A DNA stretch of 63,918 nt from Catajapyx aquilonaris (GCA_000934665.2 KZ538000.1:62083-126000), one strand, 5' to 3'; counted from the stretch's first letter, positions 24,809-39,800 are shown. Notes: generated by a model from the sequence alone, not told the origin. Made by a program: numbers and translations.

Positions 24809-27800
24809 GTAATTATTCCATTCGGCAAAAGGCGGATTCGGAGCCTCGAGCGGGTTACCCTCGTATCCGGGGACGATGGGCGAATTTCATTACGTGAGTC
24901 TGCGGGGAAAACTTTACTGGCGTTTTCGCCAACTTTTTATGACGCCCATTTTCGTAATGGACGAGCGATGGTTCGGGGTTTTGAGGGGGGATGGAGAAGG
25001 AGGAGAGTGGGGAGGGTGAAGACCTCAACCCCAAGTCAGACTCGTGGAACTTTTCAATATAAATTTCTATTGAGAGGGCTGTAAGGGGTGGGAATATTCC
25101 TGGGTAGGAAAGGTCAGTAGTTTGATTCAAAATCAGGCTAGGGAGTTTTATTTTATAGTGCTGCGATTTTTATAATCAGGTGGGAGACACATAAAAAGTG
25201 AAATTGCATTTTAAGTTCTGGATAACCTCCAGATGGGTGACTATATTATGGGGAAGGTTATATGAGTTTTCAAGCCCTAATATGCTTCTAGTGTTGGAAC
25301 AAATTAAATCTCGCAACGGTGAAATATCAACAATAATTCTAAATTTTAGTGGCGACATAATTAAAAGGCAATAGCGTATCAACGTGTGGGTTAAAATTTG
25401 ATAATAGGGCGTTGATGTGTTTGCATATTTATCTCCGCATAATATGTCAATTACATTGCATGCGGGATGACGACTGTATTTGTTGTTATCTGCACCGTGG
25501 AGCACAAAAGCTGACGTTATCAGACTCCGCGTCCGTGTCCAAGAATAATTACTGTATTTGCATACGGTGAAGCTGTTCTCATAGTGTCGGACTGTATACA
25601 ACAGCGATTTTTTACTATTAGAGGGCGAAAATATGATACGGATTGACTGGCATATACTGATATTGGTGGTTGACATGGTGTACGTGAAATTCACAAAACG
25701 TCTGATGCAAGCCTGTTTTTCATGTCTGTACATACCATAAATTATTGTTCTTTCAATTGATTGTTTATTCCAGTGGGTTGCATCTCTTTAAACTTTTAAA
25801 CATAGTGTTGAGGTATACAATCCGTAACTTTTTGCCTTCCCTACTACTAACTACAAGCGACCTTTTACAGAAATACGTGGAGTCCAACGATGAGATATCG
25901 TTTCTAGTAAAGGAAATTCAACGAAGAGTAGAACAAGTTTTAAAACAGGTACTACACTTTTCGTTGCAGTCGGTTATAGGACAATTCATTGCGACTAAAT
26001 GATGGCAATTACGTGTTCTACAGGCGTGTGATCACATTACTAAGTACGACAATTTTGCGTACTTGTGGGAAGAAGATCGCCAAGAATTTCTGAAACAGTT
26101 TTTGAAATATGGTCGAGCGCTGACACCAGACGAAGAGCTGACTCTTCAGCTTGAAGGTGAAATCCCGGAGTCTCCTCCCACGCTCGACAAATTCAAGGAA
26201 GAGGCAAGAAATAGGTAAAATGTGTTACTGGTCAGGCTGTAACTTTGCAATTATTTCAGATCGACAGTTTCGAATCTGTGTATCAAATGGTGCTCCAGAT
26301 AGAACCACTGGTGGTGTGCAAGAAGTGGTTCCGACTAGATATGAGGCCGTTCAAGCAGTCGCTTTTGAACACAGTCAAACGATGGAGCTTCATGTTCAAG
26401 CAATACTTAATGAATAACGTGACCAACAGGTAATATTAAGATAGTTTTTTTTAAATCCAATATGTTAAAGAAATTCCAGGCCCTATGTCCAAGACCAATG
26501 CAAAGCGACATGCAACGCCAGGCATTATGCAGGAAGTTTATTTGCCCAAGTTGACGTTCCAGACAGGGGGAAGGGGGGAGACAGTCCATTTCCAACGTTT
26601 ATGCGCAAATCGCGCATGCGCAAGAAATTCGCAAAAAAAAGGTAAATGGGGTCCCAATACAAACAACTCTCTGCCACCTCCCCTCTGCGGGCTGTTGACT
26701 TGGGCAGAGAAATGTTTGTTAACTTCGCTTCACTCTGTTTAAACGAGCATTTAGCCCAGTAAATGTCTCTTGCTGGCGGAACTGTCAACCACTTTTGATT
26801 GCGAATCCTCCTTGTAATATATTATCTAAATTGTTTAAGGCGACGTTTATTGCGTCAAACTTCGTCAAACTGGGACTCATTGAATCCGAATGCTCGAATG
26901 CGGTATCCTAATTACTTAAATTAAGATTATCGCACTATTCTCGCCTCCATAAATTGGAGCCGACTGTTTATAATGCCATCTATTACACAAAGCAGTATAC
27001 GGGCTGCCTTTGTTATAATGGCTCGTTATGAAAGTGGAAGATAAGTAATTGTGACCAGAAACTTCGGGATCTTCGTTACAAAACAAATTCTGAGCTGCGC
27101 TGCGGCACAACTATTAGCTTTGATTGTTACAGTGTAGTGACCGACAGTATAACCGGGTGTGTCTCTATGCTAATTAGAGCCATTTGTGACATCACTGGGC
27201 AGTAAAATTGCAGTAAGGCATAAAGACACATTAGTCGCTTGAACGGTTCCGTTTATTGAATGTGTTACGACCTGCCCGCCTGGTGGCCCAAGAGCTTACA
27301 GGAAAGAATCGCTCTAGTGTTACCGAAATCAATTGGACAACCCAATCCACTAAATTCTAGTCCAGCGAAGATCTAACTCTGCCACTGCAAGCTAATAAGA
27401 TTATGCAATATCCCTTGTCATAGGAAATAATTGCAGTACTTGATGGGACAAAAAATTACATTTCTGACCATTATTGCATAATTATCATGTGGACTTGTGC
27501 AGATTTTAAAAACACTTTTTAAAAGACTTTCAAAACTTTTGCAGCTTGGAAAATTTGGAATCATTTTTGAAAGAAACGGACGCCGGCCTGCAACAACCCG
27601 TAAAAGAAGGTGATTACGAAAAGCTGGTGGCCATCATGTCTTACTTAGGCCAGGTCAAAGAACGCTCCCAAACAACTGACAACATGTTTGAACCTCTCAA
27701 ACAGACCATAGAACTCCTGGCCACTTACAACCAAGAACTGCCCGAATCTGCTCACCTGCAACTACAGGTGCTTCCATAATCAAAACTTTATTAGCTCACT

Positions 27801-30800
27801 TTTAGTGTTTGTGGTTCATTTACTCAGGAACTGCCAGACGGATGGGCCAGCACAAAGAAATTAGCCATGATAGTGAAGCAGCAGGTGGCTCCCTTGCAAG
27901 CAGCGGAATGCAATATAATTCGGCGAAAGATAATCGCATTTGATGTGAGGCAGCAAGCAATGAGAGAGGAGTTCAAGACGTGTACAGCCTTCTCTATGTA
28001 AGTCAAACCCATTTTTTGAAAAACTGCAAATATACTCAGCCTGGTCTGTGAAAGTCAACCTTACCATTTTCGAACAGCATAGAGAACTCTACTAACCAAG
28101 AGTCAATAGCAATGGACATTATCTACCCCTTTGTCAGAGTTGACTTTTTGTCTGAATTGTTATCCAAGAATTGATTGAAAATCTGCATCCAACTAGATTC
28201 GACTGTCCGCTGCCTTACACTCATATCGACCATCAGGACAACCAGCTTTTGGAGCTGGAGAACGATCTTCGTGATTTACACGAATCTGCTGTCCTATTTG
28301 AAGTTTTGGTGCCTGAATTCAAAGCACTCATCCAATGCAGGAAGGAACTCAAGCTTCTCAAGGTATGGTTTACTATTTTTCATAGCTATATTTATCTGAT
28401 TTATAGATTTTAATTTAATTAATAGAACTGGCTAAATGATTACAGATCCTGCTGTACAAAATATTCCACTTTCTGTTGCATTACACAATAGCATTTATAG
28501 TGGCGCATGCAAAGAGGTATTTGCAATGGAATTTTATTTTGACTTCCTTTATACCCCTACTACTAGAAAATCTAATCTGAGGACCCCATACCATACTCTT
28601 TAAAAACAAGGTTGGCCCTGCTGCTTTCAGTAAACTCGTGCCTTCTACCCCTTTATGACGTCATGCCGGCTATTGTCATAGATAGAGGCTTAATACTATG
28701 ACCTGCGATAAAAAGAAACTGCCTCCTAATTTTCACCTGATGTGGTATACTGTATAAAAAGAGGAAAAGTCCTATACCTGGAGCGATTGTTCGCAACGCA
28801 TATTTGCACTTGCTGAACTGAAACGTGTGTCAGTCAACCCCGTCAAATCTATCAACCATCAAAATGATTCTGTCATTTGGAGAGGCCAAGATTTACCGAT
28901 CAATGCTATACAGGGTGTTCATGAACAACACCGACAAACCTACACCACTCCCTACCTAGACACCAGAGGTTCACGTTATGTAGAGGAGTGATTGTGCCTG
29001 GGCCGCCTCATTACCGCGCAAATTGCCTTCAAGCAGGTAGTATAAAATATCCTGGAAGTTAGGCCACCCAACGAACTCTACCACAGTCAGAAGGCTCTGG
29101 GAGGTCTGGGGGGCGGACTTTGTTGGTTTCTTGCCCACAGGTGGGAAGGCCTCTGCGGCTAGTTATACCTGCAAATTCTATTTAAAAGTCAGAAGGAGCG
29201 ATAAGGCAAAAATCGCTGAAGAGCAGGTGGGTCAATATCTCAGTAAGGAGGCGGTCTAGATATAATGACTCCTCTACATAAAGTGATCCTCTGGTGCCTA
29301 GGTAGGGGGTGGTATAGGTTTGTCGGTATTGTTCATGAACGCCCTGTAGAAGTATAGATCATCTGAATATACACTGTACTCCCGATTTTCCGGACTAATG
29401 AGTGCATGGGTGTCGCCGGATGATCGAAGAACACGAGTATTCGGAAAAAATGGTCCTAGAAACCGTAAAAATGGAGCTATTCATACGTTTTCAATGTACT
29501 ATCGGGTTCAAATATTTTTGGCCACTTTATCCTGGTCTTGAAGCAAACCTTCACACACACAGGTGCGCATTCCTATCCTTGTAAGGTTTTTCCAAAATTT
29601 TAAATTTAAAACTAACCTAACCTAACCTAACCTACAAGGAAACACGAAATTATGGTGAAATATATTTTTACTGTCTTTATGAGGTTTTGTTTCGATTTTA
29701 CCCTATCCTTGTGAGGGGTGTGTTCACTATCAGGTACAGGAAAACTACCTCGTAATGACAAAATTCCTCACAAGGATAGCAAGACGCGTCCACCCACCCA
29801 CACACATTCCTGCGCCTCATAGGCTGTGGGGGCAAGAAGAACACACATTTTCGAAGCGAGTGTAAACTGATCTAACCTAACCCAACCATACCTAACCTAA
29901 CCTACCCTACCCTAACCTAACCTACCCAAACCTAACCTAACCTACCGTAACCTAACCTACCCTACCCTACCTCTCCTAGGCTGAGAAAAATGGACTTTTG
30001 TAAAACCCTACATAACGGAATTGTGGGGATATGTCCCCACTGAAGCAGTATCCCACCAGGCGTTTTTGCTGTGAGGACGCGAAATGTCCCCACAATTTGG
30101 AGCAGGTCCCCAGAGCTACAGTCAAAACACCAACCTTGGTCCCCAGACCCTATGCAAGACCTGAACACACACACACACCTCCTTAACGTGGGGCCTGTGC
30201 GAAGGGTAGCTTCAAGACCAGGATAATGTGGCCAAAAGTATTTGAACCCGATAGTACTACTGTACAGAGTGTATGCTGCTTGGTTTAATCAAAAAACGCG
30301 TACAGTAATAAAACGTACCATATAGATTTTTACTTCGTCTTCTAGAAAAAGTGTTATATTTCTTCGTTGGCAAGACATATTGACAGTAGGTCACATTTTC
30401 GTCCTATACTGCTATAGTTACTGCTAACTCAATTTGCACTCGTACTGTTAAGTTAGCAGTATCTAGAAGTGGGACGAAAATTCGATCAATTTTTTCGGAC
30501 TTTCATTAAAAATCGGTGCACGGATAATCGTCCGCACCGGATAATCGGGAGTACAGTGTAAGTTTGCCCCATTAGGCGCAGGTCAAATTAATTTTATTGC
30601 AGACTTTATTACCATTTCCTGCCCTTCGAAATCTATGATCAATGGTTGCACAACATAATAGCGATGATAATTCTGTTGGCATGGCAATAACAGGTTCTTC
30701 CTGGTTTGTTTCTCGTAGTTGGCGATACTAACTTTATTGCCAAAGAGTCATGCTGATGATTTACATTGTTTTAAAATACTACAGTATACATGGAAAAGGG

Positions 30801-33800
30801 AGTTAGGAAAGGCGGGGAGGCAAAGTTTTTTTCCCCTTATTGCGCCATGAACTGTACTATGAAAGAGGTTTTGTGATTCGCCGACTCAGATCAATGAAGA
30901 ACTTTAAAGATTCCAGGGAGCATGCAGTCTTCTTACGGGAGGTACTTCCCACTGCATTAAAGCAGAAATTTCTTTGGTTCATCTCTTGAGTGTATGCCGA
31001 CATAGGCCTACTACAGTTTCATTACCTAGATGTCACCATTTATAATGAATCAGAAGTAGTGTATTCATTTTGAAAATTACTTTCTCCATTATCCCACAGC
31101 AATTATGGGACTACATTACACTAGTGAAAACATCAGCCGAAGATTGGAAAACCAGTCCCTGGAAAGAAGTGGACGTTGAAACTATCGATATGGAATGCAA
31201 GAGATTTTCTAAAGATATCCGAGGTACTCATTGCTTGTAGACAGTGTAGATAAAAGGCAATGATACAACTACTAACACAACTACCCTAATTTCAGCCTTG
31301 GACAAAGAAATGCGGAACTGGGATAATTACCTGAACCTGGAAGGCACAGTGAAGAATCTGCTAACTTCCATGAGAGCCGTTGGGGAATTACAAAACCCCT
31401 CATTACGTGAACGCCACTGGGAACAACTCATGCTGGCCACTAACGTAAGTGTCATTAAATAGCCCTCTCGCACCCTACAGTGCACTTCCATCAAGTGACT
31501 TTTTTAAAGCCACCATAATTTTCACTGATTTATGTCCTGTGGGGATAACGACTGTGTAGTTCAGTTACTGGTACAAATTTTAACCGTTTTACAAGCAGCA
31601 AAGTGGTAATTTTCGGAAAGATACCTTCGTAAGTATTGAGCAAGTTGTCGAAAAATTTCGCCAGGCGATGATGACAGGCCCTTGGCAAAACAAACCATAT
31701 GCAGAGCATGTCTTATCTTTCTATTCTCCTTCTCATCCATATTCCATGTGCATGTTTCATGCAAGGACATCCTCTGTGGTTTGACATATGACATGCCCAC
31801 AAAGTGATCTGTGCATATTTTATACACGAAAATTGTGAAATTATTATGTTACGCCAATGTGTTAGTGAAAATCTGTGTCACACTCACCTGTCAAAATGTT
31901 GCACAAAGCTACACTCAAAGTGTCACCATATCTTCCACTTTACTATATTTATACTCATCTATATTTGGCATGCCGTTCAGCTAACAATATTGTAATAACC
32001 ACTAACTCTTTGGCATGAACAAGTATCATTTTTCACTATAGCACTTTATGTATGATTATTTATTCGTGATGTGTTTATTCATATCATACATTCAGTAATG
32101 TTTATTATAAAACATATGTGCATTTACGACACACAATGACCTCTCTATTGGGTACTATTCATTACTATATTATTCCTGCGTCAATAGCTAGGCAGAATGA
32201 GATTTGCCTAATTACTTCTCATTCAGGCATTTTGTACTCTCCCCAGAAACGATGGCAATCAGGGTAATTCGGATAGTAATTTAAAATAAAAGCGTCAAAT
32301 TAGCAGGATTAGCTGTTGTGCTAAATAGGTACTGCGGCATGTAATCGCCTTAAACAGTTCAATTACAAAAAAAAAAACCGGGTCGTGCCAATGAATATGC
32401 AAGTACTTTGTACTATACTATAAATACAACCGCTTATTGTTTCGCATATGAAAACAGAATGTACCCCTAAATTGGACCAAATAAAGCTGCAAAGAATGTC
32501 ACAAAATTGGCTTGCATGAAAAAACAAATTTCAGCACAAAAAAAAACCGTGGCAACATTTGACTGACAACTGGAATTGGGTGTCGTAAAGAAAATGACTC
32601 ACGCTCGACACGTCCGGAGGTTGACATGTTATTGACGGTGCAGGTCAAATTCGTGATGGACCAAAAAACTACGCTGGCCGATCTTTTGGATCTGAACCTG
32701 CACAAGTATGAGGACGAGGTCAAGAATATAGTGGACAAAGCGGTCAAAGAAACATCCATGGAAAAAACCCTGGCGGAATTAGAGGTCACCTGGGCGGAGA
32801 TGGAATTTGAGCATGAGACTCATTCTCGCACATGTTGTACACTGTTACGAGCCAGCGAAGAATTAATAGAAACACTGGAAGATAATCAGTCTCAGCTACA
32901 AAATCTGATGACATCAAAGTTCATCGACTTCTTTTACGAAGCGGTGTCTGGATGGCAGCAGAGGTTATCTAATGCTGATCAGGTTATTAACATTTGGTTT
33001 GAGGTGCAACGCACGTGGTGTCACCTAGAGTCTATATTTATAGGCTCTGAAGACATCCGAAAGCAGCTGCCCAGTGAATCTAATTTGTTTGAAGGCATTG
33101 ACACCGACTTCAAGGTAAGTTATATTTACTAGTTGCTTAAAATTCAGCACTTAGAAGCCTGTCTGAATTATGGAGTCGATGTTTGCACATCTCTTAGGCA
33201 CATTATTACAATCTTATGCATTGAAGCTCTACTCCTATAATGTGGCCTACAATCAGGTTGAAAACAAGGAGGCTTTGTATAGCAAAAAGGCCATGAAGTT
33301 GGTTGAACCAGCACGAGTCAAAGTGATTATTTTTGTACTTCACTACTTAAAATAATCACATTTTACTGAGTAAACATATAACAAATTATGTAATTTTTAT
33401 GCCAGTATACCAGTATACTCACAGTCAGTAAGAAAAAATGCTTCGAAAATTCTAAACCTATAGTGGCAACTCGCAGAAAGTTTGCGGTTGGCATGAATCT
33501 CATTATAATGCTAAGTTGATAAGTTAGAAGCTGTAATAGGTTCACTTGTTACATAATCAACAAGGTTAATGCTGCTTGCATAGTATGCCTGTACCTCTTT
33601 TAACTTTCCCAATGTCTTCCCTAGGGACTGATTTCAAATGCCCAACTAATGAGCTTACTCATGTGCAATACACTTTTTTCACAATCTGAATAACTGGAGA
33701 TTCTCATATAAGATCCTAGAAACAGTACAAAATTGAGCTGATAGTGTGGTACTACGTGTGTAATATTCATAATAATAAAAAACAACAAAACGAATAGTTT

Positions 33801-36800
33801 GACTCTTGTATTAGCATTCTCCATAAAACACGAGTTTATTTGGCTAATGAATGAGGACATTAATTCGATTAAGGTGGCTCCGCAAAGTGGTTTTTAAAAT
33901 GCTGGAAAGGATTTGTGTCAGCTTTGGCCTCAGGGGTTGCACCTCCGGCCCCTAGGAGAGCCAGCTTTAATTCTCATTGATTAGTGCCGCAGATTACCCA
34001 AGCCAGGCAGCACATATAATGGTAATGAAGTTAGTCTAAGGCCATTATTTTACTTGCTTCCATATCTCACCTCATCCAAGCTCCTGATGGAAGAGATGGC
34101 CAAAGTTCCGAACGTAGTTCAAGCCACCAACCGCCCACAACTCTTCGGAAAACTGGAATACATTCAGAAACGGTTGACAGTTTGTGAAAAAGCGTTGGCG
34201 GAATACCTCGAGACTAAAAGGCTAGAGTTTCCTCGATTCTATTTCGTATCCTCCGCCGATTTGCTCGACATACTCTCTAATGGAAATCAGCCAGAATTGA
34301 TTGCCAGGTACGGAACAATATCCTATATATTATACGAGTATTTCCCCCCACATTTTTCTTCTCATTATTTGGATGTTGTGTAATGAACCCTTCAGGTCTG
34401 TGTATCCCTTTGTCTCGTATGCTCTTACGTACAAAGTAAAGTCCTTTGTGAGAACCCGCTGCAAACTTGAAATAAGACCGCTATAATTGGTTCGCAAGGA
34501 AAACTCCATAATTTGAAAATCTCCTTCCAGGCACTTGACGAAGCTATTCGATTCCATGGCCAAGTTGAAATTCCGGCCGAATTCCAAGATGGCCTTCATG
34601 ATGACTGCCAAAGACGGAGAGAACGTCGACTTCAAAGAAGACTGCAACTGCACGGGACCTGTGAGTGGCCTTGACATTTCCGAGAGGAAATAGACCGCCT
34701 GTTTCTGCAAATAAACTGCTCTGCATCTGCTCTGCAAACACATCCCAATTAGGCTGAAATGTCCTAGTGTGGTCTGGAACTGGAGTTGGGTCTAGCTATA
34801 TGGCTATATATCCTGCATACAAAAAATACAAGCTGAGTGAACGAATTTCATATACCACATGAAGTCGCTGCTCATCTTCCATGACCAACTCCCCAGTAAT
34901 TGAAACCGTATTTCGATTAAAACGCTTCGCGTATCAAAAGCTCCGTTGGAAAATTTTGGATGGCGCCCCCCTTTTAGTGGCTTAATCACGCTAAAGCTGG
35001 TTATAACATAGTGACCTCATTTACGAGTTGCCACTAAAAGGTGGGAGCAAGTGTCTCCACCGGCACTTCCCAGATGGGGGGGGGAGTTTCGTATTGAAAC
35101 AATCTGCATGGCAAGTCATTCCCTGAAGCCAGGGTACTTTGGGGAATATCACAGTGTACAGTGGGTTAGACAGGAAGGTGACTGTTGGGGTTTGCCCAGG
35201 GGATTTGATGAGATGGCTGATCCATATTACCTCTTTCCACAGGATGGAATACAGGGGAGTGGCCCCAGAGGCTTTTCAAATATGGTCCAAATTGCGTATT
35301 AGCATTGGATAATTTCTAGGATCTGTCGGATTAGAACCCTATATTCACACACATATTGAAAATCATCATATAGGGATGAGATAGTATGATGAGGGTGCTC
35401 CCTAAAAATAGACTGTAATTAAGCTTCTTCCATGACACCCTTGTTACCGTTTTAATAAACTCTTTGTACGCCTGCTGATCGTACAGTGTTAATAATGATA
35501 GTGATATGATGACAATCATCCTAGAAATCCTCATTAAAAGAGGTCACTGCAGAATTTCTGTGCAGTCTATTTCTTGGCATGCCGTAAATAATGCCTTACA
35601 ACTTACAGGTTAATATTTAGCAGTTGCGACAGTGAAACAAACTTTATAAATTGAACAGTTTCGCAGCCCGACTGGGTCATATTCCAAATCGGTATGGATA
35701 AAAATATGTTGAATTGTTTTATCAACAGCTTAGCTGTCAATCAATAAGAGATGAACCGAAGTTATATGAAAGTTTTTGTGCTATATATGAATAAAAATTA
35801 ATAATCATTGGTTGCCCGTGGACTCTTACGGAATCTACGTTTTAATTCCCAACTTTATTACATCGACTACACGATGTCGAATTTTGACTGTGAAACGGGT
35901 GAATCCCGAGAAAACCCACATGATCACGGACAGAACCCATCAAACCTCTTTACACTTTAGAAAATATGGTGCTTACGTATACCCGGGGATCGAACTAGGG
36001 ACTTGTAGTTTTTGTACTTCGTTAAATTATTACACTATCCTGCAAAATTAAATAAGTTTCTGCCGCACGGGATTTGATGGGTGACCTAATCAGATACTGC
36101 TTCCAAATGGCCTGCAATTTGTTTTAAAATGGGCTCTCATTTCACTCGCTTCTTTGCAGGTTGAAGTGTGGCTAAATCGACTACAAATGATGATGAAAGA
36201 AACCATCAGAAAGTGCTTCGGAGAAGCTGTGATGTCATACGAGGGTAAACCTCGTGAAGCCTGGCTTTTTGACTATCCTGCCCAGGTGTCTCTCTGCGGC
36301 ACACAAATATGGTGGACAACGGAAGTCAACGCTGCATTTGCCCGCCTAGAGGAAGGAGTTGAAAACGCAATGAAAGATTACCAGAAGAAACAGGTTAAGT
36401 TGGTTTCCATATCTCTTCTGTCAGTTTTGGCCCTGGTATGGCCTGCTGTTACAATCTATTTGAATGAAAATGGTGTAAATGGATATAGCTTACTGTACGA
36501 GCTGGCTCGGTCTTAGAAGCTAATATCTTGCGATCGCAGATAGCTCAACTCAACGCGCTCATTTCTCTCCTGATCGGGGAGCTCACAAGCCAAGAACGCC
36601 AAAAAATCATGACCATTTGCACCATTGATGTGCACTCGAGGGATGTAGTGACCAAACTGATTCAGCAAAAGGTGGACAGTGCTAGCTCCTTCCAGTGGCA
36701 GTCGCAGCTACGTCACAGGTATGACTAATTATGCATGTTTCCATTGTGGCTGTGATTCGCTGCAGCCTATTCCGGCCAAGATGACAGAAATGCCTTCAAA

Positions 36801-39800
36801 TATTTACAGCTGTTTGTCAGCAAAGGCACGTAATGGATTGCTGCCCAACTATTGGCATGCACAGAGGCCAATTAACGCCAATATTTGTTCCCATTTGTGC
36901 ACGCTGCCATATTAGTGCGATGTCATGCCAATTAATTAACCGCCAATTTTTCATCGTGTATTGTTCGCATCGGAACTATTTACATTGTTGCACGAGTAAC
37001 AATTCCCCTGCCTGCTGTGTCTAGGTTCATTACGGTATCCGAGTACACGCGTTGTTGATAAAATAAGTGAAGTGAATGGGAGATGCAGGCTTGCAAAACA
37101 TTTTGTGCGCAGGCCCGGAAGTGATCCAGTTATTTCAGAAACGCTCCGTGGAATCGCATCCACCGCACAAATCTCGCATTCGCTTTTGATATGCATAGCC
37201 GGTAAAGTTTGAGCCACCGGCACTGAATTTCAAACTCGCAAAATGTAATACTTGCCCCCTCCCCCCCAATCCCAAAAAATCCCTCCTCTGCCAAAAATTT
37301 CCAGATGGGACGACACCTACAAGGACTGTTTCGCCAACATCTGCGACGCTCAGTTCCAATATTCTCACGAATATTTGGGCAACACTCCTCGTCTCGTCAT
37401 AACTCCTCTTACCGACAGATGCTACATCACTCTTACTCAGGTATATGTATAAAAAAAACTTAAGCTCACATGACCTCATGTCAGAGGTCAATCCTTGCTT
37501 GATATTCTTTTGGGGCGGATAGAAACAGATCTCAAGGGACTATTTTATTCCTCGCTCACAATATATAGTCGCTTTTGTAATCATTGACTCTAGACTTTTC
37601 CTTTGACCTGAGTAAAAGTCTGGGAAAAAAGGCCAACGTGAGGTGAGAGAACGATTGTTTCAACCACCCCCTCAGTCAATTTCGATTCTCTCCTCCCTAC
37701 CCCGCCTTACCCCACCCAACCTGGTATAGTCTTTGCACTTGGTCATGGGCGGAGCTCCAGCGGGACCTGCAGGAACAGGAAAGACTGAGACCACAAAGGA
37801 TTTAGGACGAGCTCTAGGAATAATGGTCTATGTCTTCAACTGCTCAGAGCAAATGGATTATCGGGTGAGGGTGTAAGCAACGTGGGAGTCTTTCCCAGCA
37901 AAAAAAAATCGTTGCTTTTTTGTCTAGATCTCTCTCTTTTTTATAGTCGTGTGGCAATATCTACAAAGGACTAGCGCAGACTGGCGCGTGGGGATGCTTC
38001 GATGAATTTAACCGGATTTCGGTGGAGGTGCTTTCAGTCGTGGCTGTGCAAGTCAAATCGGTGCAGGTAATGTGGATTAAAGAGCCTTTTTTGGCCAGTC
38101 TGGGGAGAAGTCCGTGGGGGAATTATGGCTAACCATCTCATGATAACTGTGTGGGTAGTAAAGCCAATTGATACGTCGACCAAAAATTGCTGGAGTTCTG
38201 TAGAGCGCGACTGATGCCTGATTGCACCAACAAAATTACCGATTCGATAGCTTCTAACAGATCGTTATACGTTAAAAGGGGTGTCCTAACGCTCTGTTAG
38301 GAGCTATCGAATCGGTAATTTCGTTGGTGCAATCGGTCATGAGAATAATAAAAGATGCATTATTTTACTCTTTGACCCCTAATATCGATACAGATCTCAT
38401 TCCAGATATATCGATTTACCTGAATAATAATTTTTCATTAGTAGTGATTCACACATTATTTGTGGATCATGTCTAGTTCATTTGCTTAGATTATGGACAT
38501 AATGCAAATTAAATACTTTATCACGACGTAAAATGTTTATCATCATGAATACTTAGAACTTAGATGGTTCGCTCTAATTTTACCCCAGAATTTTAAAACC
38601 AGATTAATTTATGTTTATTTCAGACACCTAGTATGACAATGTATGCAGCCGCTAAAGACAAATATAAATGGTCCAAATAATCAAAAGGTTACAGTATAGG
38701 CGGCAGGGTTTTCAGAATTGCAATCTACCTTCGAATATCGAAAATTGAAACTTAGTTATTACTCCGTTCTCCGAATCAGAAATTTTGCAAAGATTAGCTC
38801 CAAGATAGGATATCTGACATTTTACCGATATTGAGCTCACATTCTACATCTATCTCTCAAAATGATTTGCATTAGATAACTTGGTAGAAAGGCCTACGTC
38901 AAAATATTGCACTTCGCTTACACGTACAGGAACCTGCCAAAATTTTTAATTAACATTAAATCAAATACTTATTTGATGCTCTTATGTACTCAATAAAAAC
39001 CACCTTAAACTATAAGTTACTATAATTTTTTGCCCTTACACATTTAAAGGTCACGAGTCAAAAAATCTACATCGTTGAGCCGCCTGGATTCTTTCTGAGA
39101 CAATCTGAATATGTCATACGTCTGGCTGTTATTTTACATGTCATTCTGCCATGATTCATCGCCTCGAGTGTTTATTCTGACGGCAGTTTCACAGCAGATC
39201 TTCCGCGATCGATTCTACTTTAAAGGGACCTACGTTGCACCCAGTATATGTGGCTAGACAAGTTCCTGAATCGGGTTAGTAATATCCTACCATAGGATAT
39301 GCCGTCTTCCGATGGCGAGCTATAAAGATAACAACAAATTGCTATGCCTGACTAGGACAAAAATAATTATCAGCAGTGCATATAGTTCAACCAACATTTC
39401 CGTATACTGCATACATATCGATAGGCAGCTCAAGTTAGCTGTTATGCTACACCGTCTCTGCACTAACACACGGCGACATTATTAATTATTCCATGGGCGA
39501 CCATTAAAATCACATTATTACAGGACGCGATTCGGGACAGGAAACAGCGCTTCAACTTCATGGGCGAAGAAATTGCATTAGTGCCCACAGTGGGCATATT
39601 CATCACGATGAATCCTGGATATGCTGGCAGAACTGAACTCCCCGAGAATCTCAAAGCTCTGTTTAGGTAACGCGTTCATAAAGGCCGCTTCACAAATGCC
39701 AATTAGCCAGGCCATTGTTCCACTAAGAGGCGATTTGTAACCAGTTAATCACAATGCACGCCTGGAGAGAGTTGCTTTAGAAACAGTCTCGGAATATGTC

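Noticed and set aside
25176..25733. 185-aa minus-strand ORF in intron 16
   Set aside because: No convincing family motif or splice structure; possibly a decayed LINE tail, too weak to call.
29612..29970. (CCTAA)n arrays as telomere or interstitial telomeric repeat
   Set aside because: Short, degenerate and inside TIR-bounded elements; common internal repeats of arthropod non-autonomous TEs.
30675..30688. Intronic X-box-like GTTGGCATGGCAAT (and half site at ~3661)
   Set aside because: Mismatches at key positions and no nearby gene start; expected by chance in 64 kb.
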